Assembly (NCBI GenBank): GCA_002269645.1
Contig: NIVC01000494.1
Location: 372,001-436,000, forward strand
Direction: 5' to 3'
DNA from: Macrostomum lignano
Taxonomy: Eukaryota
DNA: 64,000 nucleotides
Every line of letters starts with the position of its first letter. Within the stretch, counting starts at the first letter, position 1. The notes below the pieces were generated by a model. It was not told where the DNA came from, searched no databases, and worked only from the letters and a program-made list of their open reading frames with translations. Positions 40,557 to 55,242 of this stretch are shown piece by piece. The position numbers and the translations under genes were made by a program.

Positions 40557-42730
40557 CTAGGCATTTCGCGAGGCGGCAGCTGCAGCCGCTTTGCTGCCAA
40601 TAACGCTGCTCAGCTCCTCCTGTACTCGCCTCTGCGCCTCTCTGGTGTTCTTCGGCACGGAGGTGCGCATCGTCTCTACAATGCCGTTTAGGCCGTCAAA
40701 GTACACCTGGATCATCTGCTGGCGCATGGAGGTCTCGGTTTCCTAGAAAGAGAAACAACAAATCAAATTAGGGCGACGGTAAAGTGTATTTTTATTTTTT
40801 ATAAATTAAAAACGAAACTGGGTGAACAACTAGCATGTGAAGTATAAAATATCTATATCAATATAAAATACCTTTATCTCTCAATCTAGAATACCAAATC
40901 TCTAAATCTAGAATGATCCGATTACCCAATCTAGAATACCCCAATCTCTAAATCTAGAATGATCCGATTACCCAATCTAGAATACCCCAATCTCTAAATC
41001 TAGAATGATCCGATTACCCAATCTAGAATAGCCTAATCTCCTAACCAAGAATACCCCAGCATTTCAATCTAGAATACCCCAGCATTTCAAACTAGAATAC
41101 CCAATCTCCTAACCAAGAATACCCCAGCATTTCAATCTAGAATACCCCAATCTCCTAACCAAGAATACGCCAGCATTTCAACCTAGAATACCAATCCCAG
41201 ACTCACCTCAATCATTCGGCCAATAGTGAAGATATGAGCCTGCATATCGGCCACAGTGGCCTCCTTCTCCACCTGGCGGGTGAGGCTGCCGCCAATGTCG
41301 AACTCGCCAGCGGCTGTGTCGGCAGTCCGCACCCACAGCATGGTGGTGGCGGTCAGCTTGTATTTGGCACTGCGGCCGCCAATTTTGTGAGCCACCTCCA
41401 CAACATGAATAGAATCCCATTGGCCGCGTGTTCTAGCCGCGTCGCCGATCTTTTTAATTAGCACCACTCCGGCGAAGCCGTTGTCCATGTCCCACAGGTA
41501 GGCAGAGGAGATGCCGCCGCCAAAGTACAAATCCTGGTATTGCTCCATCGCCGAATTCAAATCGATTTCAAGCGAACGGAGTCGATCTGATGGCACTGTG
41601 CCGTCCTCTAGCGGCGGGTCGTATCTGGGAGATATGGTTGATATATGCATTGATCGTGTATGCGAACACTGATAGTGCCCTGCCAAGGCATTTCGGTATC
41701 CCAACTTGCTCTTTGGAGATTTTGGTGGCAAGTAGTATCGAGTGTTTCTTATTGTATTCTTTTCAAAGGGGGATTCCTATGAAGAGTTTTTCAATGCGAT
41801 ACTTAAACACTTAAGCCTTGTGGGCCTTTTTCTTTATGAAGACGCAATTTTTTGATGCAGTGTTTGCTAGCAAAATTTTTTGACAATGTAAATTTTAGAG
41901 CTTGTGAAGCTTTGAACTTGTGAAGATTCGAGATTTTTTGACAATTCGAACTTGTGAAGTTTCGAGATTGTGAAGATTCGAGCTTGTGAAGTTTCGAGAT
42001 TGTGAAGTTTTGAGGTTGTGAAGTTTTGAGTTTTTTTTTTTTTGAGATTGTGAAGTTTTGAGATTGTGAAGTTTTGAGATTGTGAAGATTTGAGATTGTG
42101 AAGACTAGAGATTGTGAAGATTCGAGATTGTGAAGTTTTGAGATTGTGAAGATTTGAGATTGTGAAGACTAGAGATTGTGAAGATTCGAGATTGTGAAGT
42201 TTTGAGGTCGTGAAGTTTTGAGATTGTGAAGATTAGAGATTGTGAAGATTCGAGATTGTGAAGATTCCAACTTGTGAAATTTCAAAATTGTGAAGAATCG
42301 AGCTTGTGAAGAATCGAGCTTGTGGAGAGTCGAGCTTGTGAAGAATCGAGCTTGCGAAAAATCGAGCTTGTGGAGAGTCGAGTTTGTGAAGAACCGAGCT
42401 TGTGAACAATCGAGCTTGGGAAAGATTCGTGTCTGACTTGTATGCATCCGTGATTCCGTGTGCACAGATTTTCAGTTAGCTAAAGTCTCACTTGTTACTC
42501 CAAGGTGACCTGTAGCTGTCGGCATCCCGATTATAATCGCATAGCAAATAGTCTTTGTTGCAGGACGAATCTCTGGCCACTTTGAGCGGCTGATCAACAG
42601 AGCAGAGCAAATTCTCTGTCAGGTCCGGCACCAGGTCGATCAGGTGAGCCAGATTGGCTTCGACCTCCTGTGGCGGCAGGCGGCGCATCATGTCCAGCGC
42701 GCAGTTTAGTCGGCGATCTCCGGCGTCCAT
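40557..42730 (-). CDS. CAPZB: F-actin capping protein subunit beta (divergent), 3 exons, 280 aa
   Basis: Exons 42730-42492, 41624-41207 and 40742-40557, GT-AG and phase-consistent. Motifs: [92 protein letters not shown]. Confidence 0.95.
40880..41195. repeat. Compound tandem repeat in CAPZB intron 2
   Basis: Units built on tctagaataccc(c)aatct and agaataccccagcatttca. Confidence 0.85.
41880..42420. repeat. 15-16-bp minisatellite in CAPZB intron 1
   Basis: Unit gag(a/c)ttgtgaag(ttt/att/aatc). Confidence 0.9.
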
Positions 42731-43033
42731 TGTGCTGCTTGCTTGCCAGATGGCTTAGCTAATTAGCTAGCATGAAATTTTAATTAGCTCGCTTGATAAG
42801 AAACTAATGATAGTGAATAAATGTGATATTTAATTTAATTGGTTTGTCACTAATTGACACTCAAACAAACTGGCAAACAACTCCAATTCATTAAGCAGAT
42901 AAGCCTACATTTCATATCAAAGTAAACATACCTTTTGTTTCAGGTAAGTTGCATTTTGATCAAAAAGTAAGTTGTACAGCTGGGTGAAATTTCGAAGTTG
43001 GGCATGTATAGTATGTGTATAGACCATACATGT

Positions 43034-43193
43034 GCAACCTTGGGAATCACCTAGCCATTTCTATTGGCAACACACACACACGCACGTAAGTTGCTATTGG
43101 CTAAGAGCAGTCACGTGACTACTATTCTGTCCAATAGCAACTTAGATGCGTGTTGCCATTAGAGAAATGGCCAGGTAAATCCCTAGGTAGTGC
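43034..43193. mobile_element. About 160-bp palindromic (hairpin) element, copy 1
   Basis: Arms gcaaccttgggaatcacctagccatttcta-ttggcaac...taagttgctattgg and ccaatagcaactta...gttgcca...agaaatggccaggtaaatccctaggt around a central agtcacgtgact. Confidence 0.65.
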
Positions 43194-45569
43194 CCCAATA
43201 TGGTATAGACTAAGCCTAGAAAAATAGGTAAAACTAGAAACCAATGAGAGGGGGTAGATTAGGGCACAATATCTAGAATAACTAGATAGGCCACTCAGCA
43301 CATTTGTATTTATATATAAACTACTTTTACTTTAGTAGTAAATTAGACAAGCATTTTAATGCATTTTTAAAGCCAATGCTTGTTTATTGGCTCTTATTCC
43401 TAGCCTACACCCCACCCACACACCAAAATATTAAACATGTATACCCAAAGCCCAAAATCACTTTTTACTATAGATTAGGTCACAATAAAGATAATTTGCT
43501 TATTGATATACTATGTAGACACTTTGTTAAGCCTATAGGGGGATTATAAATCTGAAAGGCATTATAGATAAAAAGGTAATTAGAAGTTAGTTTCAGTCTA
43601 TACTTACCATTATATATGTTGGCATTTTGGTTCTTTGCATCTATCATATTTAAGAATTTAAGTTTTGAGGTCTTTTTCCCTTGGCCTTAGCCTTTTTCTC
43701 TTTTTGTATTTTTGTATTTCCTGAGTTTTGCCAATCCTAGGATTCATGGAAGTGGGATATCCTAGACTTTGCTAATTCTAGGATCCCAACAAATTAGAAA
43801 AAAATTGATAAGGTTTCTAATTTTTTGGTGTAATTTTAGTTTATGAAGCCATTCAATAATTATTTCAAAGGGCTTTCAATGATAAAAGTTTAACAGAATA
43901 AAATATTCTGCAAATAAGAAACTGACGGTGAGCTCTGAATTGGAGTGTGATAGATAGGCTGGCATATTAGATGTGTTTTTTACATGCCAGTATCAGCTCA
44001 GGGAAGACCCCACTTGATTGTCATATAACCTGGGGAACAATAGCTTACAGAGCTATGGCCTAAGGTATTAATACCAGGTTAGAAGGGGATCAGACCTCAC
44101 CTTCCCAGGGGCACCCGCCTTAGAGAATTGGTAGCTTTGGTTGTGGTCCAATAGCAAGGTCCTAACTCCCACTGTTCTAATCCCAACTATAGCCAAGGAG
44201 TTTTGAAGGTAGGGACTGTTAAAAATAGTTCTACCACCAACCCTATTCTAGGTATCTAAAAGGGTGCCTTGACAATGCTAAGAATGAGGTCTTTTGCATA
44301 GGGGGCTTCTGATCTGCACAAGGTTGAGACTTGAGACCCCCGACTTTAGCTAGGTTTGAGATAGAGGGAGAGTTCAAATGAACAATGATTTGACTCCTAT
44401 CTAGTAAGCTATAGCAATGACAGCTTCAGTTTTGTATATCATGCAGCCCTAGGCTTCTCACTAGCTTGCATGCTTAAAAGATTATTAATCAAAGCAAGAC
44501 AAATAGTTAATAATTTCAACTGACAAATAGCTCAGCTGCAGATACTACTTGAGAATGAATGATTAAATTATTGCAAAACAGGATTGAGATCTTGATGGTC
44601 AATTTCAGGATTCTCAAATCCTAGAAAATTGTGATCTTGGGATTTAGAATCCCAGGATTTGGGTCTAAGCCAAGGATTTTGGGATCCTAAGATCCTAGGA
44701 TTGTATTCCCTAGTAGCATTTCTAGTTCTCTTTCTCTATATTAACCAGGGCTTTTATATATCTAATATATAGATGAAATATATTTAAAATAGCAATATCC
44801 TAGTTTTGACACTAGATTTTAAATAAACTAACTAAAACAAATTTATTAATGTGTATTTAAGGTCTTAAGGTCAAAAAAGAATTACCCAACATAATAATAG
44901 ATGGCTTCTAGTTAATTCATCTATTGAAAACTGCCAAGTAAACAAAATGCCTTTTTCTTTTAAGACTATTTATCTATTAGGAAATAAGGATAGGGAAAAG
45001 AGTGGGATAGGAAAGAGAATAGGATAAGGAGCCCCTTAACAATGTCTTTGTTAATATTGTTGAAAATACTATGGGTTGCATCATTTTAACAAACTATTTC
45101 ATAATAGTATATATAATATCTATAGAAAGAATAACAAACTTGACTTTTAGAAACTTTAATAAAATGAAAACTATTGAAAATTTTCTAAAGATTAAAAATA
45201 TCAATAGATTGTCTTTCTTATTCAACAATTTTCAGATGTAAAACATATGTCATTTCAAATCTAAAGTTATCGCATACTGTGTCTCCCCCTTTTTAAATTC
45301 TTATCTTTATTTTCTAATAGAAAGAGAAAACTTTGTCTGCTCAGCAGATAAAATAACTGGTATTTTACTAAGGTAAAATTTATCCCAAAAACAAAAAATG
45401 TAGTTTACATAAAAAGTAAAAATATTAAATGTGTGTATATAGAACTTTATTAAAATACAAAATAAATAAGGTATGGCTATGAGAGCTTTAGTAAATTAAT
45501 ATTGGTGCAAATATTACCATTGCTATATTTAATTAATAATGTCTCTGCAACTATGGCTATTATACATGT

Positions 45570-45717
45570 GTAACCTTCAGAATCACTTGGCCGCTTCTAT
45601 TGGCAACCCACACATATATGTTGCTATTGGCTAAGAGTAGTCACGTGACTACTATTCTATCCAATAGCAACTTACATATGTGTTGCCAATAGAAATGGCC
45701 AGGTGAATCCCTAGGTT
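45570..45717. mobile_element. Palindromic element, copy 2
   Basis: Same arms and same orientation as 43034-43193. Centre gtagtcacgtgactac is a perfect 16-bp palindrome. Confidence 0.65.
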
Positions 45718-46492
45718 GGGCCCAAGCATGATGGCTATGCTTTTTAGGCAAAAAATTGACTGTTTTATATACTTTCTATATTGTTTGGATTGTTGGATTG
45801 TTTGGATCAACAAAATATAGACAGTGATTGACAAACATGTGGTCATGTTAGGAAGCCACTGGTTGGGAAGTGCAAGTTATAGGCTTATGCCTACTAGCTA
45901 TTGCCTGTTAGTTATAAAGTCCTAGCAACACATATTGGCTATTGCTAGGCCTAAATAATTGGCAGCACTGACTTAGCAGACCTTAGCTTAAGTATGCTTT
46001 TAATAAACTTGTTTTCATTCATTTGTAAAAAATTTTATGTCAAAATAGGCCTAATTTTATGTGTAGAACTAGAGGCCTAGGTAGGGGCCTAGGGAATAGG
46101 ACATTTAAAATTGAAAATTGAGAAAAATTTCCATTTTCTAAGATTGAAACAATTCTCAAAAGAGTACCTATGACTATATCCCTAAGCTAATGAACTCAAA
46201 ATTTAAGGCATTAAGCAATACATCCCCTTCCCATGTTGGCTTTTTTTGCACAAGTGAGAAAAATGGTACATGACCAAGATACCTACATACCAAGATGGCC
46301 ACAGCTTTATATGTCTAAATCAAGAATGATAAGCCTATGTTTATATATTTTAATTATTTCTTATTAATAGTAATTTGAATTAGATGTAGATCTTTAAGTC
46401 TTAAAGAGATAGATGGTATAATGGAATGGAATTATATTACATTATAATCATCCCATTTGGCTTCAGCTTTTATTATATTATACCCTAGCCTT

Positions 46493-47159
46493 TAGAGCTG
46501 TCACGAGATCTTGACAAGACAAGATTTGAGACAAGATCTTGACATTTTCTTGTCTCGAGAAATCTCGAATTTTGTCAAGAAATTTGAGATGAGATTCAAG
46601 AATTTTTCTGATACCTTTTTTCAAAAGCTTTTAAGTGATAAGATATAAAAAGGGGAGCAAATTTTCATATAAATACAACTGTTTGTTGTAACATGCTTGA
46701 TAGGGCAATTTTCAAATGGTAAAATCGAGCAGTTTTAGTTATTTAACGAACATCGTTATATACAAGTTTGCATTGCATATGCGCTCTTTTAGTTATCATT
46801 TCAGTTCTGTGGCAAGGTGTATCACAGCAGACTCGAAGACAATCTACATAGGTCTTTTGACAAATTAGTAATAGACATAGTAGGGCCAAGGGCCTATATG
46901 CTACAAGCATAAATGCTTATGAATAAATAGCAAAGAATTAAAACTAGAATTAAGAAAGTATTCTGGAAAATCTAAAAAATATATTTTAGAATTATATCTT
47001 ATCAAGAAATTTAAGACAAGATAAGAGCAAGACAAGATGCAATTCTAAATATATTTTTTTAGATTTACTTTGTCTTGTCTCTTCTCGAAATTCTCAACTT
47101 ATAAGCCTTTCTCGTCTCGAATCTCGTCTCGAATAAAATCTCTAATTTTGATAGCTCTA
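46493..47159. mobile_element. Non-autonomous hAT-type element (667 bp)
   Basis: TIRs TAGAGCTGTCA and TGATAGCTCTA (1 mismatch). Perfect 8-bp TSD CTAGCCTT at 46485-46492 and 47160-47167. Subterminal gacaag/tctcg repeats, no ORF. Confidence 0.85.
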
Positions 47160-48849
47160 CTAGCCTTAGATATTTATTATTTATCCTAGCGTAGCGGGTC
47201 CATTGAGCACTGTGGAAAAGCAGAAAAATTAGAAAATTGGTAAAAAGGGTAGGGCCTAGTATTTTTGATTAGGAAAAACACTAAAAATAGAAGTTTTCAT
47301 GGAATGAAGATAGAAAGGTTCAAAAGATTATAAAAATTTTAAATTTTGCTTTAAATAAATATTTTTATAAGAGAATTGGTCAATATTGACAAAAGTTATA
47401 TATACTCAGCAGCATCAAAAAGTCGCCACTCTATGTGCCAATGAGCAATGTCTCTCAAACTATCCTGAAATAAAAAATATGAGAAAACTGATCAGGGTAG
47501 CTTTAATCTATCTAATCCATACACACACTGCCCTGGCCCCCTCACTTCATTCTTCAACTCAGGTGTGCCGCGGCATAGCTAAGTTGCGTCACTCACAAAA
47601 ATTGAGAGACTTTACCTGCACTCTCAAAAGTAGTAACCACAGACAGAATTTTCTGTGATAGCGACTTTTCAATGTTTCTGAGTTATTGAGTATTAGTAAT
47701 TAGAGTATATATTTAACAAAAACAAAGTTGTTCATTTTATTGTTTTAATAGCTTGGGGGAGGTCCAAACATGTTATAATCAGCTTTTCAAAGTGGTTTAA
47801 CACTTTAACATTTTTTAAAACTATTTAAAATAGGCCCTAGTTTAACAAATGATTCAAGAAGAAAAGAATGCAAATTGATTAAATATGATAATTAATATAA
47901 TAATAGCTATTAAGTTGCCAACTAGGCCTAATAGTAGAAAGAGAGTAGATATAATAGAGATTCAATATTGTGGCCATCTTGGTCCTACCCTTATACTGAA
48001 TAAATAGGCCTAGGCCTAGGAGTTGCACTTTCGTGGCTTAGTCTTCTATCTAGGGAATATAATATCTATGGTCTATACATTGCAAAAATATGCTCAAAAT
48101 CATAAATATTATATAGGCCTATAGCCACATGCCTAGGTTTCAATAACAGCAATAGAATTTTATAAAAATAGAAGTCAGATCAGAAAATTTTAAAAGGCCC
48201 TATATTAGTATATATTCTAGAATTTGAAATAATTCTAATAGTTCCTGCGCCATAAAATTTTAGGCCAGTAGAGGGATTGATCTTAAAATAAGGACAGATT
48301 TTAAAGCTTACGAACATAAAATTATAACAGGTAAAAACTACCTGGACATGGACATACTACATAATCATAAACGACAAACCCAGTTAAAACCATTGAACCA
48401 TAAGCCATTTAGGGAATAGCATGAGAGAGCAAAAAAGCGGAATTCACAGGTAATCAAAAAATAAATCACAATTAAGTTTAAAATTATTTTTGACGGAATA
48501 TTAAATGAATTCTTCGTGATTTATTATAGTCCTTACTTTTTCCTCTAATCTTTAAATGCGTATAAAATATATTTTACTTGTTATACCTCAAATCGAATTG
48601 GGCTGTGGAAACATTTTCAAATTTTAATTTTACTGGAAATAAACGACTAAACTTTTAAGAATGAGCGACATTAGCTGAAACGGCGGGCCAGAAAAAAAAC
48701 TTAATAAAATGTGGCTATAAATGACAATTTTAGATGATTAGACTAAATAAAACCAACAACCCCACACGGCCCACAGTTCAAACTGATACAGGAATAACGG
48801 GGTGAAAGCTAATTTTACTTGTAAAGTTGAATGTTTCAACACAAAATTG

Positions 48850-48979
48850 ATTCGCGGGCCACTTTTACATTGTTAGATAGTAAGAGTGCTGCGGGCGTGC
48901 AGGCCAGACTTGAAGGTGTCGTGGGCCAGATCTGGCCTGCCTGCAGCCTTTCTATAGGCCAGAGTTTGCCAACCCCTGG
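48850..48979. mobile_element. Possible hAT/Charlie-like element end
   Basis: gggccagatctggcc...ggccagagtttgccaacccctg resembles a Charlie-type terminus. Partner end not found. Confidence 0.4.
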
Positions 48980-49695
48980 TTTATAATGCTAAACTGCACG
49001 CTTGGCCTAACTTAACATTTTAACAATTACACCTGTAAATGTTAATTTAAGATATAGCCCATATATGTCTGTACATGATTCAGCTGATTCTTAAGTGTTG
49101 TGCTTTGTATTACGCTCTCTCTAACATATTATTAGATCATGACAGAATGGCCATATGACATTGTCAAAAGGTCCAAACAATAAAATAGCCACATTAGAAT
49201 TGATAAACAAAGCCCAATGATAGTATATGTAATTATTTTTGTTTGCATAGGCCTAGCAATTTTTTACCATAACCTAAATGTAGGCCTACCATAATAACTT
49301 TTACTATACCTCTCCTAGCTAAGTTTTTTATGTCATTAGTAGGCCCTATGCCATGACCATGACATGTCAAAATAAAAAAATGGCATAATGACTAATGAGT
49401 AATGATTTTGATGCTGTTATGCCAAAACAACATAATAATTTTTTGTCATTATGCCATTGCCAAATTGCCAATGCTGAATTTCCAATTCCAAATTTCAATT
49501 TTGCTTTTAAATTTGTTCAAATATTACCTTGTTTATTGTGGCAGTTGCATGATGTTACAATCAATGGCAAGTTGCATTTCATCATTTTATATTTTATGCT
49601 AATGGCATGTTGAAATTTAAAATTGCATTATAACAATTTTGATGAAAAAAACTCAGTGACCAAAAACTGGGGGTCACCATATGCATCCTTGATTT

Positions 49696-49853
49696 CCCTA
49701 GCTAATGCTGGCACCCATTTTACAGTAAAGATATAAATAAAGAAATGCAGAATTAAGTGTCTTCTCAAGGATGCACATTGTTCCAACTTCCAAGTGGGTC
49801 AAGAATCAAACTACTGACCTTTCAGTTGTTAGTCTAATGCTCCAACCACTAGG
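49696..49853 (-). mobile_element. tRNA-derived SINE, copy 2 (diverged)
   Basis: Minus strand: tagtggttggagc...agtttgattc...tccttgagaagacacttaa...ctgtaaaatgggtgccagcattagct. Collinear with 22995-23119. Confidence 0.7.
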
Positions 49854-50032
49854 ATACAACTCCTTATATACATGTTGATAGACAGATGGATATAAAAGTT
49901 CAACATGTCATGTTTATAGTACAATGCTAGATACGAAATACTAATCTATATTTGGGATATTTGGCAACTGCATGGGAAATCAGTTTGTCTACTGTCCCAT
50001 CTGAAACCCAACCCCCCCCCCTGGCTTGCTGA

Positions 50033-51867
<1,835 letters not shown>

Positions 51868-52490
51868 GTCATCATAGAGGGTAGCTGTGATTCTGGAATC
51901 ATCATAGAGGGTAGAGGTGATTCTGGAATGATCATAGAGGGTAGCTGTGATTCTGGAATGATCATAGAGAGTAGAGGTGATTCTGGAATGATCATAGAGG
52001 GTAGCTGTGATTCTGGAATGATCATAGAGCTAGAGGGTAGAGGTGATTCTGGAATGATCATAGAGGGTAGCAGGTGATTCTGGAATGATCATAGAGGGTA
52101 GCAGGTGATTCTGGAATGATCATAGAGGGTAGCAGGTGATTCTAGAATGATCATAAAGGGTAGCGGTGATTCTAGCGTTATCATGGAGGGTAGTAGTGAT
52201 TCTAGAATGATCATGGAGGGTAGAGGTGATTCTAGAATCATCATGGAGGGTAGCTGTGATACTAGAATGTTCATAGAGGGTAGCGGTGATTCTAGAATGA
52301 TCATAGAGGGTAGCAGGTGATTCTGGAATGATCATAGAGGGTAGCAGTGGTTCTAGAATGATCATAGAGGTTAGCAGGTGATTCTGGAATGATCATAGAG
52401 GGTATTGGTGATTCTGGAATGATCATAGAGGGTAGCGGTGATTCTGGTATGGTTTTAGATGGTAGTGGTGTTTCTAGAATCATCATAGAG
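51868..52490. repeat. 30/31-bp minisatellite directly after the GOLPH3 stop codon
   Basis: Unit atcatagagggtagc(t/a)g(g)tgattctggaatg. Confidence 0.95.
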
Positions 52491-53129
52491 GGCATTGTTT
52501 ATTAGTTGATGAGCTATATTTACATATATACTTCTATTTGAATAGTAATCCGGGAAGTTATTTGTAAACAAAGTTTCTTCTGGTCACGAGACAGGTTGCA
52601 TAGTATTTTCGTCTTATGTATAAATACATTCTTTTTAATTGTTTTAGTTGTCCCTTAATAATAAAATCGTGTATCTTTTGTGAGTTTTGATTGGTTATTA
52701 ATCTGTAAATACAAGCGTACAGTCTAATTATGTATGAGCAATATTAATAATCATTTGTTTAAATAAGCTCTCAAATTGGTTTGGATGGCTATATTTGAAC
52801 CCTCCGATCCCTGTACATAATTTACATAGAAAGTATTGTGTCAGATGTTAAATCAATTGGTTGGCTCCTTTTTTCTGGTAATTTGGTATTAAACTATCAT
52901 ATTTTGGTGCATTGTTATAATGTTATCTTGTTATTTTTAAAGAATATATGGTGTTTTGTTTTATGTACTTCTACTGTTCTTACGAAATTATAATTTTCTA
53001 ATCAGTTTTAATTTGTAGCAAACAAATACAACAAATCAGAGAGTTTATTAACAATAATTTCTGCGCTTTCTGGCATATAAAAAGTAAAGACTTAGTTTTT
53101 AGAGTCCACGTTTTTTTCAGTAATAATAA

Positions 53130-54252
53130 TTCTGTGTGTCAGTGCCGCTAAACTGTGTGTCATTGCTGCTAAACTGTGTGTCAGTGCCGCTAAACTGTGT
53201 GTCAGTGCCGCTAAACTGTGTCAGTGCTGCTAAACTGTGTGTCAGTGCTGCTAAACTGTGTGTCAGTGCCGCTAAACTGTGTGTCAGTGCCGCTAAACTG
53301 TGTCAGTGCTGCTAAACTGTGTGTCAGTGCCGCTAAACTGTGTCAGTGCCGCTAAACTGTGTGTCAGTGCCGCTAAACTGTGTCAGTGCCGCTAAACTGT
53401 GTCAGTGCTGCTAAACTGTGTGTCAGTGCTGCTAAACTGTGTGTCAGTGCCGCTAAACTGTGTGTCAGTGCCGCTAAACTGTGTCAGTGCTGCTAAACTG
53501 TGTGTCAGTGCTGCTAAACTGTGTGTCAGTGCCGCTAAACTGTGTCAGTGCTGCTAAACTGTGTGTCAGTGCTGCTAAACTGTGTGTCAGTGCCGCTAAA
53601 CTGTGTCAGTGCCGCTAAACTGTGTGTCAGTGCCGCTAAACTGTGTCAGTGCCGCTAAACTGTGTCAGTGCCGCTAAACTGTGTGTCAGTGCTGCTAAAC
53701 TGTGTGTCAGTGCTGCTAAACTGTGTGTCAGTGCCGCTAAACTGTGTGTCAGTGCCGCTAAACTGTGTCAGTGCTGCTAAACTGTGTGTCAGTGCTGCTA
53801 AACTGTGTGTCAGTGCCGCTAAACTGTGTCAGTGCCGCTAAACTGTGTGTCAGTGCCGCTAAACTGTGTCAGTGCCGCTAAACTGTGTCAGTGCCGCTAA
53901 ACTGTGTGTCAGTGCCGCTAAACTGTGTGTCAGTGCCGCTAAACTGTGTGTCAGTGCCGCTAAACTGTGTGTCAGTGCCACTAAACTGTGTCAGTGCCGC
54001 TAAACTGTGTCAGTGCCGCTAAACTGTGTCAGTGCCGCTAAACTGTCTCAGTGCCGCTAAACTGTCTCAGTGCCGCTAAACTGTGTGTCAGTGCCGCTAA
54101 ACTGTGTGTCAGTGCCGCTAAACTGTGTGTCAGTGCCGCTAAACTGTGTGTCAGTGCCACTAAACTGTGTCAGTGCCGCTAAACTGTGTCAGTGCCGCTA
54201 AACTGTGTCAGTGCCGCTAAACTGTGTGTCAGTGCCGCTAAACTGTGTGTCA
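53130..54252. repeat. 19/21-bp minisatellite
   Basis: Unit (tg)tgtgtcagtgc(c/t)gctaaac. Confidence 0.97.
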
Positions 54253-55242
54253 GTTCCAAATTATATTTCTTCAAACAATCGGCAGTATTCTTAATCCAGT
54301 TATTCCTAAACCGACATTGTCTCGGCAGGTAAAGTCCTCTCGAGAAAATAGCCGAAGAATTATTTAGTAAAACAACGTACGGCCGGTATATGTAAGGATC
54401 GACCAGTATTCAACCTTGATTGTTACTTCCTTGTTAACCATACATCATACCGGCTGATGCAATGCCTATTTTTGGAGTGTCCGAATAGCTGGGGAGCTAA
54501 ACCACGGAAATGCCACGGCCTTGCCGCGGAAGAACATTCAAGCAAACATCTAATCTTCTGTCCAGCAAGTGGCAACTCCGCGGGAAATCACAGGGCTGGC
54601 CGTGTGATGGCCTTCTATAGCCAGTTATGTTTCATTACGAGCTAAGTATTCAAATATTTTGAATTCTCCTGCAAGTGCGAGCTATATTTTTCTAAAACAG
54701 TGTATTCTTCATTGGTGTCCTAATTCGCGGTTTTTGGTAAGTAGATTATCTTAATACCTTTGTTGTACTGTATCCTTGCTTAGGGCCAGTCTAATTTAGT
54801 ACCGGATTATTAACCTTAATTCACTTCAACCGTAAAATTTCACACAGTTACTGCCATTTGAGCTTTATGTACGAACAATAATAATTCAGACCAAACCCGT
54901 AAAGTATATGGGCGTATTTATTCGATTTTTCTAGATAAAATACTCAAACTTCATTCACGTTTTTCTACTGTATGTCAGCTGTCGAGGAAATCCCCACTTA
55001 AGTGTGCACTGGGCTTTGTACATCATGCTATCCATCCCATTTCTCCCGCGGTAATTCCGTGGCTTTGCCGGATCGGCCGACCGCGGCTAATCTGTGGGAA
55101 TTCCCCGGGAAAAATGGCTTGAATAAATCGGCTCTTAAAATAGAATGGTGGCATGACTCACCCTCCGATCTCATCTTTCAGTTTCCGACCTCACTCATCC
55201 TACAATCTCACCTTCAGCTCAATTTAACCTGCTCCGATCAAC

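Noticed and set aside
43255-44712. Larger hAT element with gggat/atccc subterminal repeats
   Set aside because: The right end is plausible, but the left TIR and TSD do not match.
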